Shown here piece by piece: positions 1 through 10,547 of a stretch of 64,000 nt of DNA. The stretch is taken from contig JAANOX010000205.1 in NCBI GenBank assembly GCA_020184695.1, positions 186,001-250,000 of the forward strand. The letters are read 5' to 3'. Numbering within the stretch: position 1 is the stretch's first letter; the number at the start of each line of letters is the position of its first letter. Below the pieces are notes generated by a model. It was not told the DNA's origin. It made no database searches and worked only from the letters and a program-made list of their open reading frames with translations. The DNA is from Histomonas meleagridis 2922-C6/04-290x. Taxonomy: Eukaryota > Protista > Parabasalia. Position numbers and translations under genes: made by a program.

Positions 1-86
1 AAGAAGATAGCTCCGAAAAATATAAAAATTAATATGTTGTTGTTTATTGCAATAAATATTATTTATTTTCATTGATTTTTTTTTAA

Positions 87-460
87 ATAACACAAAAAAT
101 GTGTATTTTGATATTAGAAAATTAGTAAACCTTTGATACTTGTGAATGGATAACAACATTTTAATTTTTGATTTCTTTTTTACATAACACAAAAAATGTG
201 TATTTTGATATTCGAGAATTAGTAAACCTTTGATACTTGTTAGTGATTCACAACATTCTATTTATTTTTTTCTTTTTTAAATGAAATAAAAATGTGTATT
301 TTGATATTAGAAAATCAGTCAACTTTTGATACTTGTTAATTTTTCACAGCATTTTAATTTTTGATTTCTTTTTTATATGACATAAAAATGTGTATTTTGA
401 TGTTAGAAAATCAGTCAACTTCTGATACTTGTTAATGTTTCACAACATTTTAATTTTTTA
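87..460. repeat. ~96-97 bp minisatellite, 4 diverged copies
   Basis: Core AAAATGTGTATTTTGAT..AGT.AAC.TTTGATACTTGT recurs; unit starts at about 87, 184, 281 and 377. Confidence 0.85.
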
Positions 461-581
461 TTTATCATTATTTCATCTTTTATGTTAAATGTAACAAGAT
501 GATTTAATAAAGTTATATAATGATTTTTCATTTAAAGATAAAATAAAAGAAATAAAAAGTGATTTAAAACATAATATTTTA

Positions 582-3500
582 CTAACAATACAATTTTATA
601 TTAGTGCAAATCTTATTCAATTTATCAAAAGTAGATTTGCTATGATTTCTTGTATGATCTTCAAATAATTTATAAATTGTTGGATTATTTTTACACAGCT
701 TAATAAATTGCATAAATACTTCCGAATCACATATATCATCATTTGATATTAACTCAACAAAAATATCAAAAACTTTGGAATTATAAAAAACTTTTTCAAA
801 TCCGTCTTCATGACGAAGAAATTCATTTAATATTTTAATGATTCCTTTGCAATCAGAATAATTTTCTTGTTCGACCAAATAATTTAGACGAAGAATAAAC
901 TTTTGTACTTTCTTTTGTTGTGATAATATTTCTCTAATTAGTTTCGATTGCACAAGTGATTCAATTAATTCCAATAATATTTTTGATGATGAACGATTCA
1001 TTTCAAATTCTTTTATGATTAATTCTATTAATGATTTTTTATTAATACTTTTTGTAAATTGCTCTTTAATATAATTATTTTTATATATAAAACATTTCAG
1101 AAATTGTAAATATACGAAAGATACATTAAATAATTCAATTATAGTTTTAAGAGACCAAATTTTTAGAAGTGAATTTTGTCCTTCTTCAAAATTAAATATA
1201 AAAATTGAAGTTGTTTTTAATACTATTTCATAATGATTTAAATCTTCACTTGAATTTGATAATTCATTTAATAGTAATATTAATATATTTTTATTAAGTG
1301 CATATTGTTTCGATTCATGAAAATATATAAATATTAAACTCAAAACATTATGAAGTATTACATAATCAACAAAATCATAAACAGAAAGAATTTGTTGAAT
1401 TAAATTTGGTGGAAATTGTACACCAGCAATTATTAAATGATTAATTACAATAAAAGATAAATTTATATGATCTTCTTTGAAGTTATTACAAATATTAATA
1501 AAAATTCGAATCGGAAATAAAGTTAATGTGGAATTATAAAGTGTTGATAAAAGTTTTAATACATTATTTTTATATTCATCTTTAAGTAATAATTGAGTTA
1601 ATATAGTAATTAATTCGGAATCATTAAAATCTGATTCATAAAGACATATTAAAGCTGCGTTAATAAATAAAGATGAAGAATTTGATGATAGATATTCTTT
1701 AACAAACGAAGTAAACGATGATATTTGTTCTTTAATTTGTTTAATAGATAATAATCTTAATAACTGAAGTGAATAAACATTTTCTGGAATTCCTATTTGA
1801 AATAAAGATGAAAAATCAATATTATCAACTTTTTTATATTTTAAATAATAATTTGTAATAAGTTCAATTGCTGAAGATTTTGTGTATATTGTTTCATTTT
1901 CATTAAAAACAATTGAAATTGCTTCTTGGAAATGTGTTTTAGTTATTGGTAATACATGAAAAGCAACAGCTTTTATAATCCAATCATTTTGTAATGTTAA
2001 ATCAGAATCAATTCGTTTGTTTGAATAAATAAGTAAAATTGCTAATTGTCTCATTACATTTAATGACAATTCTTTATTTAAAAGAGTGAAAATTTGATTA
2101 AAGTTAACATTAATTATTGACTTTTTATATTTAATATAAGTAATTATTAATGATAACGCTATTCTTTGAAGTTTATTATCAAATACGTATTCATTAATAT
2201 TTTTTGGTAATTCACATTCACCTCCAAGTTCAATTAATAATTGATTTAACTTCATTGCATTATATGGCATATATTCTATATATTTAATACATATTTCTGA
2301 TGCTGCAATTGAATATTTTTTTGATATTAAAACGCATTGAAGTAATAAATAAAGTATTAAATGTGGTTTTGCTGATGATAAAAGTAATTTTTTAGCATTT
2401 TCATCATTATCTATTTGTGTAAGTATATCAGAAGCTAAAGTTTTATCAATTGAAGTTAAGTGAACAAGTTTATTAACATCAAATCCAGGATAAATTGGAG
2501 TTTTTGAAGATGGAATATATGATATCCATTTATTAAGTTGATCCTCAAATTTTAATGGTTTTATTTCATCATATTTAACATCGTTAACAAATTCTTTACA
2601 ACATTTTATATTAAAAGTATTTTTTATACATTTTGATAATTTTAATAATGAAGAATTATTTTCTTCATAAACTAACAAAGGTTGAAATACAGTTCTTATT
2701 AAAATAGGAATCAAATGCATTGAATTATCTTTGTTAATTGATTTAATTAATTCACACAAACGAGAAATTGTATCAATTTTCCAATGTCCATCTCTAATTG
2801 ATATTGCATGAAGCAATTTATAATATTTTGAAAATTGAAATTCTTTTATTTGATTTAAATGATTTTCTAATAATGGTTGATTTGGATTTAAAATAATATC
2901 AATTAATTTATCAGCAGTTAAATTCTTTATAAATTCTGAGTGATCATTAGAAAGAATTGTGTCAAACAATGAATTAGAAACATTATTTGGTATATATTGT
3001 TTTGATGATTTTAAATATTTTTCATATATTATAACATATTGATCTTCATCAAATTGTTGATTATAAAAATCAATTTCAATATTCAAATTGAAATTATTTT
3101 TTAATACATTTTTAGATTTCAATCGAACATTTTCATCTTTATGCCAAAGAAAACGTAACCATGAACAAAGAGAATCAAAATCATTAAGTGAATTAATTAA
3201 TTCTGTAATATTATTTATATATTCAATATTATTTGTTGTTCTTATACATTGAAGATGAGCGATTTGATAATGCGTAATATTTATATTTTTTAACTTATCA
3301 AATTGTTTTAATAATAGTTCTAATGCAAAATGTTTTGTAGTTTCATCAAAAATACTTTTGCATAACAAAGTATTAATGAATTGTGTAATATCAATTTGAT
3401 TTTCATTCGCATATTTAAAGAAAAAAAGTCTTATCGATGGTGATGGATGTGATGCAAATAAATCTGGATTACACCATTGAACAACATTACGTAAATTACA

Positions 3501-4139
3501 AAATTGAAGAATATTTCGGTCAACTTCTACAACACCCTTGTTAATGTTTTGAATTTTGTCATATGTTTTTCGTATCTTTTTATAATCATCAACTGATTCT
3601 TTAGGCGAAATTTTAAGTAATTTACTATGTAATTTTGGATACTGAAAAATTAACTGTGGATCTAATAATGGTAAATTGTCAATAATGTAATTTGATTTGG
3701 AAATTAATTCAAAAATAGGAATACGTACTTCTGGAATAGATATACAAGAAATGCACGCATTTATAATTTTTTGTGAAGGTGGAATTTTTCCAATATTAAG
3801 CATTTCTTTGCACAAGGCACATGCCATAGGAAGTAATCCTGTGTTATGAAAAAAATTTGAAATTGCTTCTGCAATTTGCATACAAAATGATGAAATCATT
3901 TTGTGTGATTCTTTAAAATTTACGTATTGTGTTTGATACAATTTATCAATGTTTTGGTAAATTTGCATTTTACGACACCATAAACGTAATAATGAAATTA
4001 TTTGAATATTTAATTTTGGATCTTTGTTATTTATAATATCCATTATTTTAAGAACATATGGTGTATTTCGAATTAAATTCATAGGTGTTTCATCTTCAAG
4101 AAATTCTGATAATTCTTGAGAGAAATCACCTTCATCCAT
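582..4139 (-). CDS. Large hypothetical protein, probably ARM/HEAT-like alpha-solenoid
   Basis: 1185-aa ORF, Leu/Ile-rich helical pattern, no recognised motif. Confidence 0.6.
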   Translation of the reverse strand: MDEGDFSQELSEFLEDETPMNLIRNTPYVLKIMDIINNKDPKLNIQIISLLRLWCRKMQIYQNIDKLYQTQYVNFKESHKMISSFCMQIAEAISNFFHNTGLLPMACALCKEMLNIGKIPPSQKIINACISCISIPEVRIPIFELISKSNYIIDNLPLLDPQLIFQYPKLHSKLLKISPKESVDDYKKIRKTYDKIQNINKGVVEVDRNILQFCNLRNVVQWCNPDLFASHPSPSIRLFFFKYANENQIDITQFINTLLCKSIFDETTKHFALELLLKQFDKLKNINITHYQIAHLQCIRTTNNIEYINNITELINSLNDFDSLCSWLRFLWHKDENVRLKSKNVLKNNFNLNIEIDFYNQQFDEDQYVIIYEKYLKSSKQYIPNNVSNSLFDTILSNDHSEFIKNLTADKLIDIILNPNQPLLENHLNQIKEFQFSKYYKLLHAISIRDGHWKIDTISRLCELIKSINKDNSMHLIPILIRTVFQPLLVYEENNSSLLKLSKCIKNTFNIKCCKEFVNDVKYDEIKPLKFEDQLNKWISYIPSSKTPIYPGFDVNKLVHLTSIDKTLASDILTQIDNDENAKKLLLSSAKPHLILYLLLQCVLISKKYSIAASEICIKYIEYMPYNAMKLNQLLIELGGECELPKNINEYVFDNKLQRIALSLIITYIKYKKSIINVNFNQIFTLLNKELSLNVMRQLAILLIYSNKRIDSDLTLQNDWIIKAVAFHVLPITKTHFQEAISIVFNENETIYTKSSAIELITNYYLKYKKVDNIDFSSLFQIGIPENVYSLQLLRLLSIKQIKEQISSFTSFVKEYLSSNSSSLFINAALICLYESDFNDSELITILTQLLLKDEYKNNVLKLLSTLYNSTLTLFPIRIFINICNNFKEDHINLSFIVINHLIIAGVQFPPNLIQQILSVYDFVDYVILHNVLSLIFIYFHESKQYALNKNILILLLNELSNSSEDLNHYEIVLKTTSIFIFNFEEGQNSLLKIWSLKTIIELFNVSFVYLQFLKCFIYKNNYIKEQFTKSINKKSLIELIIKEFEMNRSSSKILLELIESLVQSKLIREILSQQKKVQKFILRLNYLVEQENYSDCKGIIKILNEFLRHEDGFEKVFYNSKVFDIFVELISNDDICDSEVFMQFIKLCKNNPTIYKLFEDHTRNHSKSTFDKLNKICTNIKLYC

Positions 4140-4188
4140 TTATTAATAAACGTGCATATGCGACATATGATATGAAATTGGTATTGGA
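4140..4188. promoter_or_regulatory. Very short bidirectional promoter
   Basis: Only 49 bp between two divergent ATGs; contains GCATATGC and a second CATATG. Confidence 0.5.
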
Positions 4189-5739
4189 ATGGTCTTTGTT
4201 CTATTTTTTGCTTTAATACATTCCAATCGTAAAATAAATATATATGCTGGGTATGTTAGTACAGAAGTAAATCCATTTTGGTCAAATGAAATCCCAGGAA
4301 TTCATAATTGTCCATATTCAACATCAGAAGATGGCTATGATCTAAAAATCAGATACACAAGTTTAGAAAGAATGCTGAAAATCCCACTTAACACAACAAG
4401 CCCTATTTATAAACATTGTCCTTTCAAAATTCGAAAATATGAAATGAAATTATATACAAAGTTAGCAAAAGAAAATGCTTTTTTACGTTTCCACACAACT
4501 AAAGCAGTTTTTCGCTCTCCATTTTATCAAAGGAAAAATAATTCATTGGAATATTTTACACATTTCAAAATAATTCTCGATAATACTACAATACCAGAGA
4601 AACTAGAGGTTATCCCATCAAAACCACAAGTAGTTCAATTAGATTCCAAAATTCAATTTTCATTTGAACTTCAATATGGCCACATTGAAAGTCAAATTTC
4701 ACAATCAGAATCAAGTCCTACGTCAGCCAAATACATAGGAATATTCTTGCTTATAGTTCTTATCTCAATTATTTTATATTTAATTATCATTCATTCAAAT
4801 CCACTTAATCATATTCTTTCACAAAATGATATTTGGCGCGTTGATGAAAGCATTGAAAACGTTTTATTTTTTGTATTTGCCTTTATTATATTCCTATTTA
4901 TCTACATTATGTTTTTGTTTACGTATGATTCGAACAAACCTATTGAAAGATACTTTTTCAAGATATTATTCATTCCGACATTATTTGGTGTTTCATTTAT
5001 TAGTTATTTTTGTCGTATTGTTTCCCTTGATGCAGATGAAGCATATTGGTTATCACCAGTTTTATTATATTATATGTTAATGATGTTTACGTTTCGTATT
5101 GCGAATTTTATATTTAATATGTTTTGGTCATCGCATTTGGGTTATTCTCTTTTATATGTAATTCCTAATGATATTTTATTGATTTCTTGTATAAGCATCT
5201 TCACACGAGGAATTGGAATTGCAACAAAACGTTTGCCGCCAATTTGTAAGATAAAATTTGTTAAAGAAGAATCAAATATTCCACAAAACTCGAAATCTTT
5301 AATACAAAAATTAATAAGTTTGATATATATTATTATAATAATCTGTTTAATTTATCCAATTATTCAAAATATTTTCGAATTATTATATAATGACCAAAAA
5401 TTTGATTTCGATTTACTTGAAAATGTTTTGTTAATTTTCGGCCCATTAAGTGGATTATATTCATTAATGAAAACAATTCCAAGACTTAAAAATAAGGCAC
5501 AAGAGCCATGGCAAAGAGATCATATTTTTGTGCATATGATAATTTCGTTTTTTGTGGTTTTAGTTTCATTTGTGAAATATTTAATTACTGTCAAAACTTT
5601 TGACTTTCAATCATTTGCTTATACGGCTTTGTTTGTCGTGCCATTAGCTATGGCAATGCTGATATTTGGAAGTGGCTGTTCATATTTGGCTTCCTTCATC
5701 CCTATCATTGTAACATATTCTCAAAGAAAAAATAACTAA
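4189..5739 (+). CDS. Multi-pass membrane protein, divergent TM9SF/EMP70-like
   Basis: Signal peptide, ~170-aa lumenal domain, then about 9 hydrophobic segments; weak resemblance to the EMP70 N-terminus. Confidence 0.5.
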   Translation: MVFVLFFALIHSNRKINIYAGYVSTEVNPFWSNEIPGIHNCPYSTSEDGYDLKIRYTSLERMLKIPLNTTSPIYKHCPFKIRKYEMKLYTKLAKENAFLRFHTTKAVFRSPFYQRKNNSLEYFTHFKIILDNTTIPEKLEVIPSKPQVVQLDSKIQFSFELQYGHIESQISQSESSPTSAKYIGIFLLIVLISIILYLIIIHSNPLNHILSQNDIWRVDESIENVLFFVFAFIIFLFIYIMFLFTYDSNKPIERYFFKILFIPTLFGVSFISYFCRIVSLDADEAYWLSPVLLYYMLMMFTFRIANFIFNMFWSSHLGYSLLYVIPNDILLISCISIFTRGIGIATKRLPPICKIKFVKEESNIPQNSKSLIQKLISLIYIIIIICLIYPIIQNIFELLYNDQKFDFDLLENVLLIFGPLSGLYSLMKTIPRLKNKAQEPWQRDHIFVHMIISFFVVLVSFVKYLITVKTFDFQSFAYTALFVVPLAMAMLIFGSGCSYLASFIPIIVTYSQRKNN

Positions 5740-6138
5740 AAATTAAATAAAATTATATTTGATAACATTTTTTTTTGAAATTTATGTATAATTTATGTAA
5801 TGCATCCTGCTGTTTTACCACTTTATTTCCATAACTTGGGTATGCATTACTATTACTAATGTATTATGACAGTCCAAATACAAAATTAAAGTTCTCAAAT
5901 GATTTGACATCAAAAATTTCTAAACATTTTATCAAATACATAAAAAATATTTCAAAGAGTTTTCCAAAGTTAGTTACACACACAGACCACAGTGAAAAAC
6001 CTGTAGACCGACACCTTAATAAAACTCACGCCATCTTGAACTTTCTGGTCGACAGGTTATTCATGACAATCTACTGAAATACAAAACATGAAAAAACTTC
6101 GAATTGAGTATCAAAAGCTATCTAAAGTTATGAAAATC

Positions 6139-6161
6139 TTTTTTTTTTTTTTTTTTTTTTT
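6139..6161 (-). repeat. 23-nt homopolymer (poly-A on the BspA sense strand)
   Basis: T23 on + strand, 36 nt past the BspA stop codon. Confidence 0.9.
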
Positions 6162-6197
6162 AAAGAAATTATTATATAATTTGAAACATATAACTGT

Positions 6198-7997
6198 TTA
6201 ATATTCTTTCTGACTTATTTTTTGTGGAAAAATATGCACTGGCTCCAAAAAGAAGAAATAGTATATTAATACAGAAACAATACTCGATACCAACAAAAAC
6301 CCGTACACCACCAAAACGCTTTCGCCACCTGACAAAGGCGGCATTTCGATTTGAGTTACTACAATACCATCGCATGTTTCCGACATTTCATTCCTTGTTG
6401 TTGAATTCCCCAATTTATGCTTAAAGAAACCTGCTTTCACAGTAACTATTTTTTCGTCGAATGCATTTGGCGCAACGTCTTCGAGATAATTACCGCAATA
6501 AAAAATATTCCTTAATTCCGCGCATTCGGAAAACGCCGATTCTCCAATCTTAGTCAACGTTGTATTGATTGTAACATTCTCTAAGAAATCCGAATGATAA
6601 AATGCATAATCGTTAATAACTTCGATTGGAAATGTAATATCAACATCTCTTAACACTGCAAGTGCAAAATATAAAATTGTTCCGTTGTAACTTAAACACA
6701 TTTCATTATATATATCAGTTTTAAAGTATTTATTGTTTGGGTCAACAATAATTTTGGTGATATTAAAACAATCAACAATCGGATTTCCTTCGATTTTTGT
6801 GATGTTCGAATGAATATAAAACCTTTTTAGTGAGGTACATCTTCTAAATGAAGAATTACAAATACTATTAATATGATATGGAATATTAAACTCAGATAAT
6901 GATATGCAAAACGAAAATGCAAAATTAGGAATCTCTGTTATTAAATTAGACTCAAAAGTAATGTTTTGAAGATTATAACATGTGCCAAATGCATATGGTG
7001 AAATTACACTAACTTTCGCAGGTATGATAAAATGAGTACTTTTATAACCTGGCGGACATCGGATAAGTCTCGTTTGATCTTTATTAAATAAGACGCCATT
7101 AATATCAGAATAATATTGACTTTCTTTAGATACATTAAATGATATTAATTCATTGCAATAAAGAAAGCCTTCTCCGATTCGATAGATTCGTTCGTGTATT
7201 GGAAATATGGTAAAACTTGTGTTATAAAATGAATATAAAGTAATTTCAATACCTTCCCCTTCATCAAAGATAATATTGGAAAGACTAGAAGAGCGAAATG
7301 CATTGGAATGAATGGAGGTTACTTTAGGTGGGATTCGAATCGTGGTGAGATTGCAATCAGCAAATGAATATGCACCAATGGCTTCAATGGTTGAATTAAG
7401 ATTTACTATGGGGCTTGTGATGATTTTTGGAGAAAGTAATACAATGGGTTTCTTACAATCATATATAATATTATCAATTTTTATAAAATTAGAATTTGAA
7501 TTATCAATTTCAATTTTTGAAAGTCGATAACACCCTAAAAAGGCATTGGCTTCAATATCGGAAATGTTTGAATTAATGAGAAACTCGGTAAGTGAGGTGC
7601 AATTAGTAAATGCAAAATCTTTAATTGAAGTTACACTTAAAGGTATATTAATGGAAGAGAGTGAATAACAGTTAGCAAATGCTTGTGTTGGTATCTTCGC
7701 GATTCCTTCTGGGAGGTTTATATACTTTAAAGATACTAAATCTTTGAAACAATATTTGTCGAGCATACTTATTGTATTTGGGAGTTCAATAGACTCTAAG
7801 CTAGTACATGCATCAAAGGTACCTGCTTTGATTTCTTTAAAATTTTCTTCAACGATTATTTTTGTGATAATATTTCTAGGTCTTACTTCTTGATATATAA
7901 CATAGGATACATTAAGGATTTCATTGCCTTCGTATTTTATTGTCAAAACATTTGATTGATTATAAGATAAACATGAAAATAACAACAAAGGAAACAT
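6198..7997 (-). CDS. BspA-like leucine-rich-repeat (LRR_5) surface protein
   Basis: Signal peptide; TpLRR repeats (IxxxAFxxCxSLxxIxIP); C-terminal TM and short tail. Confidence 0.9.
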   Translation of the reverse strand: MFPLLLFSCLSYNQSNVLTIKYEGNEILNVSYVIYQEVRPRNIITKIIVEENFKEIKAGTFDACTSLESIELPNTISMLDKYCFKDLVSLKYINLPEGIAKIPTQAFANCYSLSSINIPLSVTSIKDFAFTNCTSLTEFLINSNISDIEANAFLGCYRLSKIEIDNSNSNFIKIDNIIYDCKKPIVLLSPKIITSPIVNLNSTIEAIGAYSFADCNLTTIRIPPKVTSIHSNAFRSSSLSNIIFDEGEGIEITLYSFYNTSFTIFPIHERIYRIGEGFLYCNELISFNVSKESQYYSDINGVLFNKDQTRLIRCPPGYKSTHFIIPAKVSVISPYAFGTCYNLQNITFESNLITEIPNFAFSFCISLSEFNIPYHINSICNSSFRRCTSLKRFYIHSNITKIEGNPIVDCFNITKIIVDPNNKYFKTDIYNEMCLSYNGTILYFALAVLRDVDITFPIEVINDYAFYHSDFLENVTINTTLTKIGESAFSECAELRNIFYCGNYLEDVAPNAFDEKIVTVKAGFFKHKLGNSTTRNEMSETCDGIVVTQIEMPPLSGGESVLVVYGFLLVSSIVSVLIYYFFFLEPVHIFPQKISQKEY

Positions 7998-8321
7998 TTG
8001 CCCTGCTGTTGTACGATAAACGGTTTATTGTTCTGAACGGTTTCGATTCAATTCGAAAAATTTCGAAATTTTCAGAGCGTTATAAACCATAGCACTTTTT
8101 CATAAAGTAAAATCAGTTTATCTTTCTTTCCTTACGTTATGCAGTGTTATTCGAGATGTTATAGTTTTAACACTTTAATTTAGTGCAATGCAATTAAAAT
8201 TAGTTGATGTTGTATGTTTCAATCAATTATCATATATTCCAACAATTGTAACAATAAAAGCGAAAAAATCATAGATTTCTTAAACAAAAACATTTACGAA
8301 ATAAAATATTTTGGAATACAG

Positions 8322-9623
8322 TTAATTTCCAAAGAATTCATCGATTCCATCTGTCTCAATAGGGTCTAATTCGAGCATTTGCATCGCTTGCTCGAGTTCT
8401 TCAATGGAATATTCGAACACGTCTTGCTTATTTTGATGATGAACAAATTTGGATTCGATATCATTTGAAAATAAAGTCATGTCCATTTGATTAGAAGCCA
8501 TACGAAGATGCGGCCAACACTTAAATGGCGTATCAGGGTCAATTTTAATATGATTTCGGAGTCGCGATTGATTTGATGATCGAAGTGATAAAAAAGTATT
8601 AGGCGTTTTGTGCATATTAGAGACCATGATGCCACGCATTGCTGTTGTAGCTGCTAATTCTCCAAGTTCTGGATATTGCCATGAAACAGACATTAATTCA
8701 TCGGCTATACTAAAATTATCGGCTGCTTCAAAATAATCTTCTAATGATTGATAAAAAGTAAGCGAATTCTCATAAAGTGAATTAATCATTTGACGAGGTG
8801 AACAATGTGAAATTTGTAAAATTTGTTCAGACGACCGTTTGTTCTTAACGTACAACACTTCACCAACCGCCTGGAAGAACGTTAAGGAATCGTATTTACC
8901 TGTTGAAAAGGTACGAGAAAATTGGAGCGTATTAACAGCAAGACGAACATCACCTGGATTATCAATTAAAATGTCTTCGATTTGTTGATTGGTAAGTTTA
9001 ATGCCTTCTGATTTCGATACACGAAGAAGAACCCTCTTAAGAACACTATGGGAAGCAGCAGGATAGTTGAACGTAATACAGTTGTTGGGTGAAATTGATG
9101 AATTAGATGAATCAACTATCCAAATTAATGGAAATAATTTTCTTTTATCTGTGCTGTATTTTTCAATGAGATCAATAAAATACCTTTTGCTGTCATCTTC
9201 AATAACTACGTTATCAACCAAAAGAACATTTTGATTTTCTGGATTGGTAACAAGTTGAGAATGTTCCAAAAATGCTTCAAATTGTTTAATAAAGATTGGG
9301 ACTTTGTTTTTCGCATATAAGTCATCATCTGACTGATAATATTCTTCGTCAGGTGAAAATGATATTATTTGTTGATGATTGTAATTACATACGGCTTGAA
9401 CTAAAGTTGATTTTCCACATCCAACAGGGCCATACATTACGATGACCCTAGGATAGTAAGGAAATCCTTGATATGCGTCTTTTAATATTGTCATGAATTT
9501 TGTTGTTTGTGATTTTTTATAAAGCGGAATATCACTAAGATCTGTTGGGAAATATTTAGTAGTCCAAAGTTCTTGACTGTTTTTTTGCTTAAGCTGCACA
9601 GCCAATTTATCTTGGCGGTGCAT
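8322..9623 (-). CDS. RAD17: Checkpoint clamp loader RAD17/Rad24
   Basis: LWTTKYFP motif, Walker A GPVGCGKST, GDVRLAVNTLQF sensor region; ATG at 9623. Confidence 0.8.
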   Translation of the reverse strand: MHRQDKLAVQLKQKNSQELWTTKYFPTDLSDIPLYKKSQTTKFMTILKDAYQGFPYYPRVIVMYGPVGCGKSTLVQAVCNYNHQQIISFSPDEEYYQSDDDLYAKNKVPIFIKQFEAFLEHSQLVTNPENQNVLLVDNVVIEDDSKRYFIDLIEKYSTDKRKLFPLIWIVDSSNSSISPNNCITFNYPAASHSVLKRVLLRVSKSEGIKLTNQQIEDILIDNPGDVRLAVNTLQFSRTFSTGKYDSLTFFQAVGEVLYVKNKRSSEQILQISHCSPRQMINSLYENSLTFYQSLEDYFEAADNFSIADELMSVSWQYPELGELAATTAMRGIMVSNMHKTPNTFLSLRSSNQSRLRNHIKIDPDTPFKCWPHLRMASNQMDMTLFSNDIESKFVHHQNKQDVFEYSIEELEQAMQMLELDPIETDGIDEFFGN

Positions 9624-10295
9624 CAAACAGATTTACTTGTTCACGACGGTTACGGAAAGTGAACTTGTTGATGCGGAATTTGACTTGGTTTGTTCAATCA
9701 TAAAATGGGTGCCAAAATCAAATCCGAGTGTTTAATTCATTGTGATAGAATAATTTGTAACACACCAAAAATGAACATTAGAATGTGGTATTTTGCAAGC
9801 AGTTGAAAAAATTTCTCTTTATCTAATAAGATACTTTTGAATATTCACAATAACTTGTGTTAGATTTTTCTTTGTATAAACACACTTTTATTGATGTTTC
9901 TCCAGATGGATATTTGATTTTGGAAAATTCATGCAAGAAATTCAAACTGATTTCTTAAAACGTTTACACTGAAAAATCTAGATTGCGCACAAGGACTCAC
10001 CATCCTAGAACAAATTCCAAGGATTTCGTACGCCTAAAAGTACTCATTTTATGGCGACAATTGTCTATTTTAAAGTATTTTCACCCTATTCATGAATAAA
10101 TGTTTTTATAATTTACTAAGTGTTAATAATTCATTTGAATCAAAATAAAAAAGTTCAAATTCCAACGTTGTTACTTTCTTTAAAATCTTCAGTTAGTTTA
10201 TTTTGTAATATTTGAGTCAGCATTAATGTATGCATGTAAGTTTTACATGGATCATTTAGAATATATTTTAATAAATTCGTATTTATGTTATTTAT

Positions 10296-10520
10296 TTAAA
10301 ACATTACATATGTATGCATCTGAAAAAAGTGATATTGAAATAGTTCGATTTCTTCTTGAGCAAAATGGAATTGATGTTACTGCACATTGAATTCTCTTAT
10401 TTAAGATTTGCATCCATTATTTTATATTTCTTTGTTTATATTGGAAACAATGCAATTAAACTCGCATAGAAAAATGCTAATAATAAAATTGCCAAATTAC
10501 TTGAACCAAATCTAAAGCTT
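10296..10520 (+). pseudogene. Decayed ankyrin module(s) of the spacer-interrupted family
   Basis: TATTT-AAA followed by a 30-codon module TLHMYASEKSDIEIVRFLLEQNGIDVTAH* (10301-10390), a 58-nt spacer, then NAIKLA*KNANNKIAKLL. Confidence 0.65.
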
Positions 10521-10547
10521 AACGAAAAGACAGAAATTACAAACATT

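Noticed and set aside
9627-10050. Coding-like remnants upstream of RAD17 (also ~15030-15200 and 5860-6130)
   Set aside because: Short open stretches with no identifiable motif
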